64,000 nt of DNA from an uncultured Bacteroidia bacterium (GCA_902774295.1 CACYHP010000004.1:70489-134488), one strand, 5' to 3'; numbered from the stretch's first letter, positions 32,885 to 42,377 are shown. Numbers and translations are program-made. Notes: generated from the sequence alone by a model not told the origin.

Positions 32885-35800
32885 ATGAAAAAACTCGTAT
32901 TCTTCCTTAGCATCGTTTTATCTGCTGTTTTTTCGGCAATTGCCCAAAGTCCTGACCCGATTATGGCGGGCTACACTGTCACTTCAGGCACAGCAGGAGT
33001 CAACAATGAAGAAAACTATGACAAGCTGTTAGATGGCAGAAATTTCACCAAATGGTGTATTCTTGACATTGGTGATTGCGCCTATGTTGAGTTTCACGTC
33101 GTCTTTCCTTTTATTCCTACCGGCTACGTCATGACCACAGCTAACGACGTCAGCACATACCCGGGCCGCAACCCAAAAGACTGGGTTATTAAGGCAAAAC
33201 TGAATCTTGAAGACGAGTGGACTACCATAGCCAGTGTTACTGACGACAATGTGCTGCAATTTGAGAATAAGACCAACTATAGTTTTGAGATTTCCAACGA
33301 CCAACTATACAAATATTTCCGTTTCGAAGTCACAGCGGTGTGGGGAGGAGGACAATTTCAACTTGGTGAGTTGATGCTCAGAGGATCAGTAAATGAAAAC
33401 CCGGATATTGTTGTTGTCACAGACTACAACCCCAAAGCTGGTACGGAGGGCGCCAGTAGCAATGAAAACTATCAGAAATTGGTGGATGACGATCCAAACA
33501 CGAAATGGTATGTCAATAGTTTGACGGATACAACATTTATAGAATTCCATCATGGCAGTCCATTCATTCCTACCGGCTACATCCTGACCACAGGCAATGA
33601 CAACAGCTCACACCATGGCCGCAATCCCAAAGACTGGGTCATCAAGGCAAAGCTGAATCAAGAAGACGAGTGGACCACCATCGCCACCGTCACCAACGAC
33701 AACGTGTTACAAGACGTCAATAATACTGACTTTGAGTTTGGTATCGACAACAACGCAAAATACAAATTCTTCCGTTTTGAAATCTTGTCGGTACAGAACG
33801 GTAGCAAGTTCCAACTCGGTGAGTTCAAGTTCAAAGGGAGGTCTGTGCTGAACACTGACCCGATTATCGCTGGTTTTATGCTCGTAGATGCCGCTTATTC
33901 CTCTAATCCCCAAAATCTTGTAGATAACAACAGAAATAATTATTGGGATTGCCGTAGTCAGGATCATTATTACTATGTGGACTTTTACAGCGACAAAGCT
34001 ATCATCCCCACAGCCTATATTATGACAACAGTCCAGGATTTTGGCCCCTTCTGGGGGTGTAACCCGAAAGCATGGAGTATCGAAGCAAAAATGAGCTTTG
34101 ATGACGAATGGCAATGTATTACCCAAGGTTACGACCTTATCCCGAATGAGACCGGAAATGACTTCGAGTTTAGCATCAACAACGACAAAGCCTATCGCTA
34201 TTTCCGTTTCGCCGCAACAGCAGTAAACTACGAATTAATGGAGGTGTTCAGGCTCTCCGAGTTACGACTTAGAGGCCGTGTTGTCGATGACTACACTTAT
34301 TATGTCAAGGACGTGATGCTTATCGGTGGCTCCGAGACCGAGGTAAACGACCTGAAAAAGTCATATCGAAAACAGGGTTGGAAGAGTTATGACTATGACC
34401 TTAACAAAGGCTGCGGCAGCAGTAGCGACTGGATTTACTTACTCTATAAAGACGAGTATAATCCAAGTCTCGTGAACAAAGGCTATGCTACTGACTTTTA
34501 TTTATGGACACAAAACTCAAGTGCTACCGAAACTCGTACCTACGACGGAAGGACCTATTATCTTGTGCCTTACGATGGCGGCGAGCATTTCAAAAATGTC
34601 AAAGGCGACCTGAACAGCCATGCCGGCGGTTCTGACATACATCTGTATTACACCAGAGAGGCTTTTCCAGACCATCGCAGTGTTGACAATATCTACTTCA
34701 ACTCGACAAAAAGCGGAGCTTTAGGCTCAGGAGGCAGCTCTTCCGGTTATGACTTGAACTCTGGTGCAGGCGGCGATTATATATATATGCACTTCACCAC
34801 TTCACAAACAATCGGCACCATGCCAGTGGGAATATTGAACGAAAGTGTTGTCGGCTACGGCTCCATAAACATCTCGGGCACAGCTTATGATTCCGACGAT
34901 TTGTCTGCAAGTGTACCTTTACATGCCTGTCTTTACAAAGAAGACGGCGTCACTTTATACGTACAAAAGGATTTTCTTGCAGACCTGCCTAACAATGGCT
35001 TTTCCAAAAACTTGTTTGGCATCCTTCCTGGCACTTATAAACTTAAGCTCCTTGCCACCGACATTGATGGGTATGGCGATATCCAGATTGGAAACATTCA
35101 GACCATCACTGTGACACAAGGCCCTGAAATCATAGAGGTTGGCCATGGCGATACAGAAAGTTTTTTCCCTATGTATCATTTATACCAATATAGCATGTCT
35201 CAACAAATCTACAGGGCGAACGAACTACAAAGTGCTGGCACTATATCAGGTATCGCATATTATTATAAACCTTACGCTGGTGTCGGACCCTATGAGATGA
35301 ACAACGTGCAGATTTATATGCAACATACCGACAAAGATTATTTTGAAGACGATAATGACATCATTCCCATTGATTTAAGTCAAAAGGTGTTTGAGGGCAC
35401 TGTCGTGGCAGAGAACAAAGGTTGGGTGGAATTTTCATTTGATACACCTTTCGAATATGACGGGATACATAATATCCTGATCAGTTTCAACGACCCTGCA
35501 CCCGAATACTACCAGAGTGGTTGGGGGCATCGATTCCGTATCAATCGCTCACCTAATACGACACATCTATACTTGTCGAGAACCAATCCTATCGATTTGG
35601 AAAACTGGACCGACTACCACTTCGTCGATTCGCGTAGGAACGACCTCCAGTTTTTTATCAAACCATCAGGTAGCCCCAAACCCGCCAACTTAAGGTTAGC
35701 CACATGTACCGCAGATATGACGGAAATTGCTTGGAACGCCCCAGCAACCAACCAGAGCATATATGGCTACCTATATCAATTCAAGAGAGGAGATGAGCCA

Positions 35801-38203
35801 TGGAGCACCGCTGTTGAGACATTCAACAAAACCGTATCCTTTGATGATCTGGTAAACGACATTGATTATAGATTCCGCGTGAAGACACTCTATAACAACA
35901 ACGAGACAAGCATTTTCTCTGAAATATCGTTTAGACTACCGACAGATTTACCATTTGAAAACAACTTTGAAGAGGATTATGATGGCATGACCGTGTTAAG
36001 TATCGATTGGGAACATGGTGGAATACAAACCAGAGAAAGTTATTCCGGTAATAAAAGCTTTAATTTTATGGCCCTCTCAGATGGATACAGTCCTCAATAC
36101 TTGATATCTCCGTGTTTTCCAAACACCGAGAAGATCGCGATGTCGTTCTATTTCAAAGGACCAACTTCTAATGATGAAAGAATAGTTTTAGGGTATTCAA
36201 CCTACGACAACAACATTGGTTCGTTTACGTGGCTCGATGATATTGGTACCCGCACAGAGACCTGGACCTATTATAGGAGCACATTCCCAGTCGGCACGAG
36301 ATATATAGCCATAAAATATGTAACCGTTGGTCCTGTTGGCACCTATATAGACGACATCCGTTTCGAAAAAGCTACAACTCATAAGATGCCGACAAACTTA
36401 ACCGCAAGCGATCTTACCCCTAACAGCGCCACAATAACATGGAAGGCTCCACTAGGGGAGACACCTATTGGCTATGGATATCAAATCATGAAAACCAGCG
36501 ATGCAATATGGAGCGCTGATATGGGTGTCGTGGAGGAAAATATGGTTTCTTTGGCCCACTTGCTTCCTGACACCGAGTATGATATCCGTGTTAAAGCGTT
36601 GTATGATAACGGAGAAAGCAGCTACTTTGTAAGATACAGGTTTATGACTGATGCCAAGCCTGTAATATTGCCAATCTACCAAGGCTTCGAAAACGGCATG
36701 AATGGTTGGCGTGTCGTAGACGGACAACGACACACGGAGATTATGCGTTACATAAATCCACATGGAGGCGGTTACACATTTTATTTCGATGATGAGGAAA
36801 ATGAACCACAATATTTGATTTCTCCTGAATTCATTAGTATCGAAGACGTGTATTTGAGCCTCTTTTATAAAAGCTATCAAATAGATGATAACAGTAGTGT
36901 CGTCTCATTCTTTTATGTGGGATACTCTACCACCACTAATGATATTGACTCCTTCATTTGGAGTGAAAGAATGGCAGCCCTGGGAAATTGGGCAGAGTAC
37001 ACAGCCACCTATCCGACGGACACCAAATACATCGCCATCAAATGGGAACAATTATGTTATCTTTACATTGACGACGTCTCCATCTGGACAACTATGAGTC
37101 ATCCGATAGCAAAAGCCACTAACTGGGACGAGCCTTCTCGCCCTATCGACGGATGGAATTTCATTGCTTCACCCGTTGATGGAAGTGTCGCACCTATTGA
37201 TGTGAAAAAACTCATCTTTAGCATCAACGATATTCCGTATGTCAATTCCGGAGAATATGACCTCTACCGTCTCAACAACACCACTTGGGAGAACTTCAAA
37301 GCCCATCAAAATGGCTTTATGCTTGAAAACGGAAAGGGTTATCTTTATGCCACAGCAGCAGATGTTACAATCCAGTTCATCGGCCCTATCTACGAAGGTG
37401 ACACCAAGACCGTAAACATTAGCCAAGGCAACAACCTTGTAGGCAATCCGTTCTTTGCCGATGCATACATCGACAGACCTTATTATAAAATGAACGCTGC
37501 CGGCACCGATATCGAGGCCGTCACGGATTACATCAACAATCCTATCCCTAAATTCACCGGCGTGGTGGTGACAGCCGATGACAACGAGACCGTCACCTTC
37601 AGCAAGGAACAACCTGCGACGACAACATTTAACAATGGAAGCATACAGATGACCTTGATGAAAGCCAATGTGCGCGGCGACGCTGTGCAAGACAAGGCGA
37701 TAGTGAGCTTCAACGAAGACACTAAACTCGAGAAGTTCATCTTCAACGACAACCATGCCAAACTCTACATCCCACAATCGGGCGAAGACTATGCCATAGC
37801 ATTCTCCAACCGTCATGGAGAGATACCGCTGCATTTCAAAGCTAACGAGCCGGGCAGATACACCATCGCCTTCGATGGCGACATGAGAGGCGCCACACTT
37901 ATCGATAAGATTGAAGACACGACAATAGACCTCGGCGCTAACGACAGCTACACCTTTGTGGGCTCGCCTGCCGACAAGAAAGACAGGTTCGTGATTGCGT
38001 TCGCGTCAGCATCTGACACCTTCGCTTATCAGGATGGTAACGACATTATCGTCACCGGTGAAGGCGAACTACAAGTGTTCGATATCATGGGACGCATGGT
38101 GATGACACAGCACGTCAACGGTATCCAATCGATAAACACAATGCAACAAGGCATTTATGTCTTTAAGCTGAATGGCATGACACAGAAGATGGTTGTCAGA
38201 TAG
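32885..38203 (+). CDS. Giant T9SS-sorted surface protein (3 discoidin-like repeats, beta-prism-like triple repeat, Fn3 and choice-of-anchor-J-like modules, type A CTD)
   Basis: Signal peptide. Three ~150-aa repeats (NYDKLLDG..TKW..., FIPTGY..TT.ND...GRNPKDWVIKAKL). Fn3-like PANLRLA.../PTNLTAS... segments. C-terminus ELQVFDIMGRMVMTQ...GIYVFKLNGMTQKMVVR. Confidence 0.75.
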   Translation: MKKLVFFLSIVLSAVFSAIAQSPDPIMAGYTVTSGTAGVNNEENYDKLLDGRNFTKWCILDIGDCAYVEFHVVFPFIPTGYVMTTANDVSTYPGRNPKDWVIKAKLNLEDEWTTIASVTDDNVLQFENKTNYSFEISNDQLYKYFRFEVTAVWGGGQFQLGELMLRGSVNENPDIVVVTDYNPKAGTEGASSNENYQKLVDDDPNTKWYVNSLTDTTFIEFHHGSPFIPTGYILTTGNDNSSHHGRNPKDWVIKAKLNQEDEWTTIATVTNDNVLQDVNNTDFEFGIDNNAKYKFFRFEILSVQNGSKFQLGEFKFKGRSVLNTDPIIAGFMLVDAAYSSNPQNLVDNNRNNYWDCRSQDHYYYVDFYSDKAIIPTAYIMTTVQDFGPFWGCNPKAWSIEAKMSFDDEWQCITQGYDLIPNETGNDFEFSINNDKAYRYFRFAATAVNYELMEVFRLSELRLRGRVVDDYTYYVKDVMLIGGSETEVNDLKKSYRKQGWKSYDYDLNKGCGSSSDWIYLLYKDEYNPSLVNKGYATDFYLWTQNSSATETRTYDGRTYYLVPYDGGEHFKNVKGDLNSHAGGSDIHLYYTREAFPDHRSVDNIYFNSTKSGALGSGGSSSGYDLNSGAGGDYIYMHFTTSQTIGTMPVGILNESVVGYGSINISGTAYDSDDLSASVPLHACLYKEDGVTLYVQKDFLADLPNNGFSKNLFGILPGTYKLKLLATDIDGYGDIQIGNIQTITVTQGPEIIEVGHGDTESFFPMYHLYQYSMSQQIYRANELQSAGTISGIAYYYKPYAGVGPYEMNNVQIYMQHTDKDYFEDDNDIIPIDLSQKVFEGTVVAENKGWVEFSFDTPFEYDGIHNILISFNDPAPEYYQSGWGHRFRINRSPNTTHLYLSRTNPIDLENWTDYHFVDSRRNDLQFFIKPSGSPKPANLRLATCTADMTEIAWNAPATNQSIYGYLYQFKRGDEPWSTAVETFNKTVSFDDLVNDIDYRFRVKTLYNNNETSIFSEISFRLPTDLPFENNFEEDYDGMTVLSIDWEHGGIQTRESYSGNKSFNFMALSDGYSPQYLISPCFPNTEKIAMSFYFKGPTSNDERIVLGYSTYDNNIGSFTWLDDIGTRTETWTYYRSTFPVGTRYIAIKYVTVGPVGTYIDDIRFEKATTHKMPTNLTASDLTPNSATITWKAPLGETPIGYGYQIMKTSDAIWSADMGVVEENMVSLAHLLPDTEYDIRVKALYDNGESSYFVRYRFMTDAKPVILPIYQGFENGMNGWRVVDGQRHTEIMRYINPHGGGYTFYFDDEENEPQYLISPEFISIEDVYLSLFYKSYQIDDNSSVVSFFYVGYSTTTNDIDSFIWSERMAALGNWAEYTATYPTDTKYIAIKWEQLCYLYIDDVSIWTTMSHPIAKATNWDEPSRPIDGWNFIASPVDGSVAPIDVKKLIFSINDIPYVNSGEYDLYRLNNTTWENFKAHQNGFMLENGKGYLYATAADVTIQFIGPIYEGDTKTVNISQGNNLVGNPFFADAYIDRPYYKMNAAGTDIEAVTDYINNPIPKFTGVVVTADDNETVTFSKEQPATTTFNNGSIQMTLMKANVRGDAVQDKAIVSFNEDTKLEKFIFNDNHAKLYIPQSGEDYAIAFSNRHGEIPLHFKANEPGRYTIAFDGDMRGATLIDKIEDTTIDLGANDSYTFVGSPADKKDRFVIAFASASDTFAYQDGNDIIVTGEGELQVFDIMGRMVMTQHVNGIQSINTMQQGIYVFKLNGMTQKMVVR

Positions 38204-38244
38204 TTTGCCGATTATATTTTGCATAAAAATAAAACATTTAGTCG

Positions 38245-38490
38245 ATGAGAAAAATATTATTATCAATCAGCTTGATTATCACATTGGCTTTTGGCGCCAA
38301 TGCGCAAAATGACGCATTCTTCAAATGGAATGATTCGTATGATGACGCCTTCAGATCTGTTGATTATTACAGTTTGGCTTTGCCTACGTCACATGGTGCC
38401 AATAATGACTATCAGGCACCTCTCGGAAATGGCCTGCTGATACTTGCGGCGTTAGGTGTAGGATATGTACGGAAGCGTAGCAAGCAATAA
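38245..38490 (+). CDS. Small secreted protein with a PEP-CTERM-like tail
   Basis: Signal peptide MRKILLSISLIITLAFGANAQ. The tail is APLGNG-LLILAALGVGYV-RKRSKQ (motif, hydrophobic helix, basic cluster). Confidence 0.5.
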   Translation: MRKILLSISLIITLAFGANAQNDAFFKWNDSYDDAFRSVDYYSLALPTSHGANNDYQAPLGNGLLILAALGVGYVRKRSKQ

Positions 38491-38496
38491 AAACAA

Positions 38497-38532
38497 TAAG
38501 GCATTGATGATCAAATAAATATCAGTGCCTTA
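38497..38532 (+). terminator. Hairpin terminator after the small ORF
   Basis: TAAGGCATTGAT...ATCAGTGCCTTA, a 12-bp stem with one G-U pair, followed by TCTTGTTT. Confidence 0.55.
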
Positions 38533-38584
38533 TCTTGTTTCGTTTGTAGATTTTCAAGGTTCGTCATCGCCTTGATTTTGTGTC

Positions 38585-38985
38585 TGGTGGAGCTGGAGGG
38601 AGTCGAACCCTCGTCCAAACAAGGAACAATTATGCTTTCTACATACTTATTCTGTTGTTGGTTTTCGAGTTGTGCAAGGAAACAGACATCCTAATCGCAA
38701 CCTTATCTCCTTGAGTTTCACGACGTTGCCGGAGTTTCCGCGTCGCTATCCCGAAATTGCTGAGCACCTCGTTGTCGGACCGGAATCGGGAGGCTCCATC
38801 CGCGAGATGTCTCGTCCTCTCACCTTGTGAAAGGATAAAGCTTCAATCTACTGTGCTTCGATTAAGCAGCGAGAGCGTAAGTATTTTCGCCAATTAATTT
38901 TTTGCAGTCAAGATTTACGAGCGTCACTGCGAGGCTCGGTATGCTTACATAACCCTTCTACAAGCTGTCAAAACCGGTCAGCCCC
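38585..38985 (-). ncRNA. ssrA: tmRNA (transfer-messenger RNA)
   Basis: 5' end GGGGCTGACCGGTTTTGACAGC. 3' end GGACGAGGGTTCGACTCCCTCCAGCTCCACCA. The tag reading frame GGCGAAAATACTTACGCTCTCGCTGCTTAA encodes GENTYALAA* at 38862-38891. Confidence 0.92.
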
Positions 38986-39020
38986 AGATGTTATGCTGAT
39001 TTCTATTATCAAAAATCGTG

Positions 39021-39028
39021 CAAAAGTA
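39021..39028 (-). promoter_or_regulatory. -7 box (TACTTTTG) upstream of ssrA
   Basis: Reverse complement of CAAAAGTA, 36 nt upstream of the mature tmRNA 5' end. Confidence 0.4.
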
Positions 39029-39044
39029 GTAAAATTTTCCGAAT

Positions 39045-40193
39045 TTAGACGTATTTTTTTACATCTTCGTCAGAAATGGTTGAGCCACAGAGTATTACGA
39101 GGCGTCCTACGACGTTTTGCAGCTCGCGTATATTACCGCTCCAGTGTTGTTTTTTCAGTTCTTCGATGGCAGAGTCGGTGAAAACAGGGATAGGTTTGCC
39201 CATTTCGTTTGCAGATTTCACGACGAAGCTATTAATTAACAAAGGTATGTCGTCGAGGCGTTCGCGTAGAGGTGGCACGCGCATGATTATCATGCTGATG
39301 CGGTGGTATAGGTCTTCGCGGAAGTTGCCTTTTGCTATCTCATCCTGAAGGTTTTTGTTAGTAGCTGCGATGACTCTTACATCAACTTTTATCTCTTCTT
39401 CGCCGCCCACACGTGTGATTTTGTTTTCTTGCAGCGCGCGCAGCACCTTGGCTTGGGCGGCGAGACTCATGTCGCCGATTTCGTCGAGGAACAATGTGCC
39501 GTTGTCGGCAAGCTCGAAGTCGCCTTTTTTCTGTTTGATGGCCGAGGTAAATGCTCCTTTTTCGTGTCCAAACAGTTGACTCTCAATAAGTTCTGATGGG
39601 ATGGCGGCGCAGTTGACCTCGATGAATGCGCCATTGTTGCGCGGGCTCATCTCATGCAGCTGCCGAGCCACGAGTTCTTTACCTGTGCCGTTTTCGCCGA
39701 GTATGAGGACGCGGGCATTGGTTGGTGCCACACATTCAATCATTTTATTTAACTCGTTCATTGCCTGTGAGTTACCGACCATCTCGTATTGTTTGCTGAC
39801 CACGTTTCGGAGTTTCTTTGTCTCGTTGACGAGTCGGTTTTTATCCAAGGCGTTGCGAAGTGTGATAAGCATTCTGTTGAGGTCCATCGGTTTCTCGATG
39901 AAGTCGTAGGCGCCTTTTTTGATGGCGTCGACGGCGATGTCGATGGTGCCGTGGCCTGAGATGATGATTATCGGCGCATCGGTGAGCGTTTTAGCTTTCT
40001 CAAGGAACTCGATGCCGTCCATCTGGGGCATTTTTATGTCGCAGAATATGGCATCAAACACGTTGTCGTTGAGCATAGGTATCGCCTCGACGGCTGACGC
40101 CGCCTCGGCGATAGCATATCCTTCGTTTTCAAGGATGCCGTGCATAGCTCTGCGGATGGCAGGCTCGTCGTCGATGATAAGAACTCTTGACAT
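39045..40193 (-). CDS. Sigma-54-dependent response regulator (REC plus AAA+), with no C-terminal DNA-binding domain visible
   Basis: REC domain (LIIDDE...D..MP.MDG), Walker A GENGTGKE, GAFTSA loop. The ORF ends about 20 aa after the AAA+ module. Confidence 0.8.
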   Translation of the reverse strand: MSRVLIIDDEPAIRRAMHGILENEGYAIAEAASAVEAIPMLNDNVFDAIFCDIKMPQMDGIEFLEKAKTLTDAPIIIISGHGTIDIAVDAIKKGAYDFIEKPMDLNRMLITLRNALDKNRLVNETKKLRNVVSKQYEMVGNSQAMNELNKMIECVAPTNARVLILGENGTGKELVARQLHEMSPRNNGAFIEVNCAAIPSELIESQLFGHEKGAFTSAIKQKKGDFELADNGTLFLDEIGDMSLAAQAKVLRALQENKITRVGGEEEIKVDVRVIAATNKNLQDEIAKGNFREDLYHRISMIIMRVPPLRERLDDIPLLINSFVVKSANEMGKPIPVFTDSAIEELKKQHWSGNIRELQNVVGRLVILCGSTISDEDVKKYV

Positions 40194-40897
40194 TAGAAGT
40201 TAGGTTTAAGTTCAGATTTCTTATAGAATTCGTCGATAATCTCCACTGCTTTGTCAACGTCGTCAACCACATGGAAAATTTCGAAATCCTCCTCGCTTAT
40301 CATTTTCTCTTTGAGAAGCGTGTGTTTAAACCAGTCTACGAGAGGGTTCCAGAACTCTGATCCGAACATCACGATAGGGAAGTCGGCGATTTTGTCGGTC
40401 TGCATGAGAGTGAGAGCCTCCGACAGTTCGTCGAGGGTGCCGAATCCGCCGGGGAACGCTATGAAACCTTGTGCATAGCGTGTAAACATCGTCTTGCGGA
40501 TATAGAAATAATCGAAATTAAGGCATTTGTCCTGGTCGATGTACGGGTTGGAATGCTGTTCATGTGGCAGCAGAATGTTGAGTCCCACGCTCTTGCCGCC
40601 GGCTTCGTGGGCGCCTTTGTTACCGGCCTCCATGATGCCAGGGCCGCCACCTGTGACAATGCCGAAGCCTCTTTCAACGAGTTTCGCGCCGGTCTCCACA
40701 GCTTTTTGATAGTATGGGCTGTCTTCTCTGATGCGGGCAGAGCCGAAAATAGCGACGCAAGGGCCGATTCGTGACAGTGTCTCGTATCCGTTGACAAACT
40801 CTGACATTATCTTAAACACCGACCAGGAGTCGTTGGCCTTGATATAGTTCCATTTTCTGTCGTCGATGATTTTCTTTAAAATTTCTGAAGAATCCAT
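40193..40897 (-). CDS. LOG-family (TIGR00730) Rossmann-fold nucleotide-binding protein
   Basis: GGGPGIMEA and PGGFGTLDE motifs. Start set at MDSSEIL. The stop overlaps the sigma-54 regulator start (TAATG). Confidence 0.8.
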   Translation of the reverse strand: MDSSEILKKIIDDRKWNYIKANDSWSVFKIMSEFVNGYETLSRIGPCVAIFGSARIREDSPYYQKAVETGAKLVERGFGIVTGGGPGIMEAGNKGAHEAGGKSVGLNILLPHEQHSNPYIDQDKCLNFDYFYIRKTMFTRYAQGFIAFPGGFGTLDELSEALTLMQTDKIADFPIVMFGSEFWNPLVDWFKHTLLKEKMISEEDFEIFHVVDDVDKAVEIIDEFYKKSELKPNF

Positions 40898-40916
40898 GAT
40901 AATTAAGTATTTTTTG

Positions 40917-40924
40917 CAAAGATA
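40917..40924 (-). promoter_or_regulatory. -7 box (TATCTTTG) for the LOG/sigma-54-regulator operon
   Basis: Reverse complement of CAAAGATA, 20 nt upstream of the ATG at 40897. Confidence 0.45.
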
Positions 40925-40932
40925 CAAATAAA

Positions 40933-40960
40933 GTTTATTGGTTATAGTTTATTGTTTATA
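40933..40960. repeat. Heptanucleotide array, (GTTTATT/GGTTATA) x 4
   Basis: Units at 40933, 40940, 40947 and 40954. Confidence 0.7.
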
Positions 40961-41000
40961 GAAATTTTTACAAAAAAGTTTTGTGGAATGAAATTTTTTG

Positions 41001-41008
41001 TATCTTTG
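41001..41008 (+). promoter_or_regulatory. -7 box (TATCTTTG) for the tRNA-Gly/tRNA-Val operon
   Basis: Matches TAnnTTTG 20 nt upstream of tRNA-Gly. Confidence 0.5.
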
Positions 41009-41027
41009 CACGCTGAAAAACGGTATT

Positions 41028-41100
41028 GCGGATTTAGCTCAGCTGGCAGAGCGGAAGCTTCCCAAGCTTCAGGTCGCGGGTTCGAGCCCCGTAATCCGCT
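41028..41100 (+). tRNA. tRNA-Gly (anticodon CCC)
   Basis: Acceptor GCGGATT/AATCCGC, anticodon arm GAAGC-TTCCCAA-GCTTC, T-loop TTCGAGC. Confidence 0.9.
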
Positions 41101-41112
41101 CTTTCAGTCGAC

Positions 41113-41187
41113 GGAAGCTTAGCTCAGTTGGTTCAGAGCGCCTGCCTTACAAGCAGGAGGTCGCTGGTTCGAACCCAGCAGTTTCCA
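41113..41187 (+). tRNA. tRNA-Val (anticodon TAC); CCA encoded at 41188-41190
   Basis: Acceptor GGAAGCT/AGTTTCC, anticodon arm CCTGC-CTTACAA-GCAGG, T-loop TTCGAAC. Confidence 0.9.
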
Positions 41188-41192
41188 CCACG

Positions 41193-41227
41193 AGAATCCT
41201 GTTGAGGATGACAGGATTCTTTTTTTG
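41193..41227 (+). terminator. Rho-independent terminator of the tRNA operon
   Basis: AGAATCCTGT-tgaggatg-ACAGGATTCT followed by TTTTTTT. Confidence 0.8.
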
Positions 41228-41252
41228 TATTCTATGAAGAGAATAGAGATTT

Positions 41253-42377
41253 ATGGTAATTGATACTGTAACGATAGTATTGTACTCTGTAAACCTGGTT
41301 TATATCACGACATGTCTTTACGGCGGGCTCTTGAAGAGTTTTTATGTCCCGGATGCATATAAAGAGGTTTTTGGAGAACTCTATCCTGCTCATAATGCGT
41401 TGGCTAACATATATATGATGCAGGTTCTCGAATTGCCGTTTGTCTTTACTATATACAAGCCAGAAGTCTTATTCTGCGTGAACGGAGCCTCAATGATGTT
41501 CATCATTTCGTATATGGTGGTTCTCATAAAGGGATACTTCTTCCTTGATTTTGTACCCCCTAAAAAGCTATTTGTTTTCCAACTGCCTGCGTTTTTGTGC
41601 TGGTTGGGTTTGCTGCTTCCTGTCTTTGGAATTATAGAATTTACTACATTGTATAAAACGATTACCAGTGTCGTGGTAATGATGGTCGTTTTATGGTATA
41701 TTTATCTGCTCGACAAATGCCGATTGAAGCTTGTGGGCAATATTCGTGACATTGACGAGAACGAATACTCCAACGACAGCGATTTCCCCGTACAATTTGC
41801 CAAGAGTGTGCAGTACCATCCTCTTGTGATTTGTTTGGTTCTTATAGCGAGTTTTCTTATCAATGCTCCAATAGCGAAGATTGTGCGCGATGTGATTTTG
41901 ATTTTGACAAATGTGTGGCTGGCATTTTACACATTGAATCCACACCGCAATTCAAAAAAACTGCCTCAGGATTTGAAAAAGAAAGACGATGCTGAGGTTG
42001 CTGAGACTCCTACTAAATACCGACTGTCGGAAAAATACTGCAGGGAGACCGAACAGAAGCTTGTTGAGATCATCCGCAGCAAGGGTCTGTATCTTGAGGA
42101 GCATATCACCATGAACGACCTTATCGACATAATGCATATCAACAGGAATTATCTCAGTGAGGTTATAGCTCGCAGCAAATACCAATCATTTTATAAGCTC
42201 ATCAACACTATGCGTATCGAGCATGCATGTGAAATGCTCAAGACAGACAGCACTGCGAAGCTTGAACAGATCGCTATCAGCTCTGGTTTTTCATCAGGAA
42301 GTGCATTCTCGCAGGTTTTCAAGCGTATAATGGATATTTCACCCAAAGAATACATCCTTCAAATACACGCAGAGTAA
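41253..42377 (+). CDS. Polytopic-membrane AraC-family regulator
   Basis: About 6 predicted TM helices in the first 220 aa. The C-terminal AraC HTH is LEQIAISSGFSSGSAFSQVFKRIMDISPKEY. Confidence 0.65.
   Translation: MVIDTVTIVLYSVNLVYITTCLYGGLLKSFYVPDAYKEVFGELYPAHNALANIYMMQVLELPFVFTIYKPEVLFCVNGASMMFIISYMVVLIKGYFFLDFVPPKKLFVFQLPAFLCWLGLLLPVFGIIEFTTLYKTITSVVVMMVVLWYIYLLDKCRLKLVGNIRDIDENEYSNDSDFPVQFAKSVQYHPLVICLVLIASFLINAPIAKIVRDVILILTNVWLAFYTLNPHRNSKKLPQDLKKKDDAEVAETPTKYRLSEKYCRETEQKLVEIIRSKGLYLEEHITMNDLIDIMHINRNYLSEVIARSKYQSFYKLINTMRIEHACEMLKTDSTAKLEQIAISSGFSSGSAFSQVFKRIMDISPKEYILQIHAE

Noticed and set aside
37169-37834. 221-aa ORF antisense to the giant T9SS gene.
   Set aside because: It is nested in the 1772-aa ORF, which has clear domain signatures. 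There is no promoter box or motif.
30852-38985. Genomic island bounded by tRNA-Arg and tmRNA, containing the AraC regulator, the giant adhesin and the small ORF.
   Set aside because: I saw no integrase, no excisionase, and no duplicated tRNA or tmRNA 3'-end fragment (att site). Reading by eye is weak evidence, so a whole-genome comparison would be needed to revive this idea.
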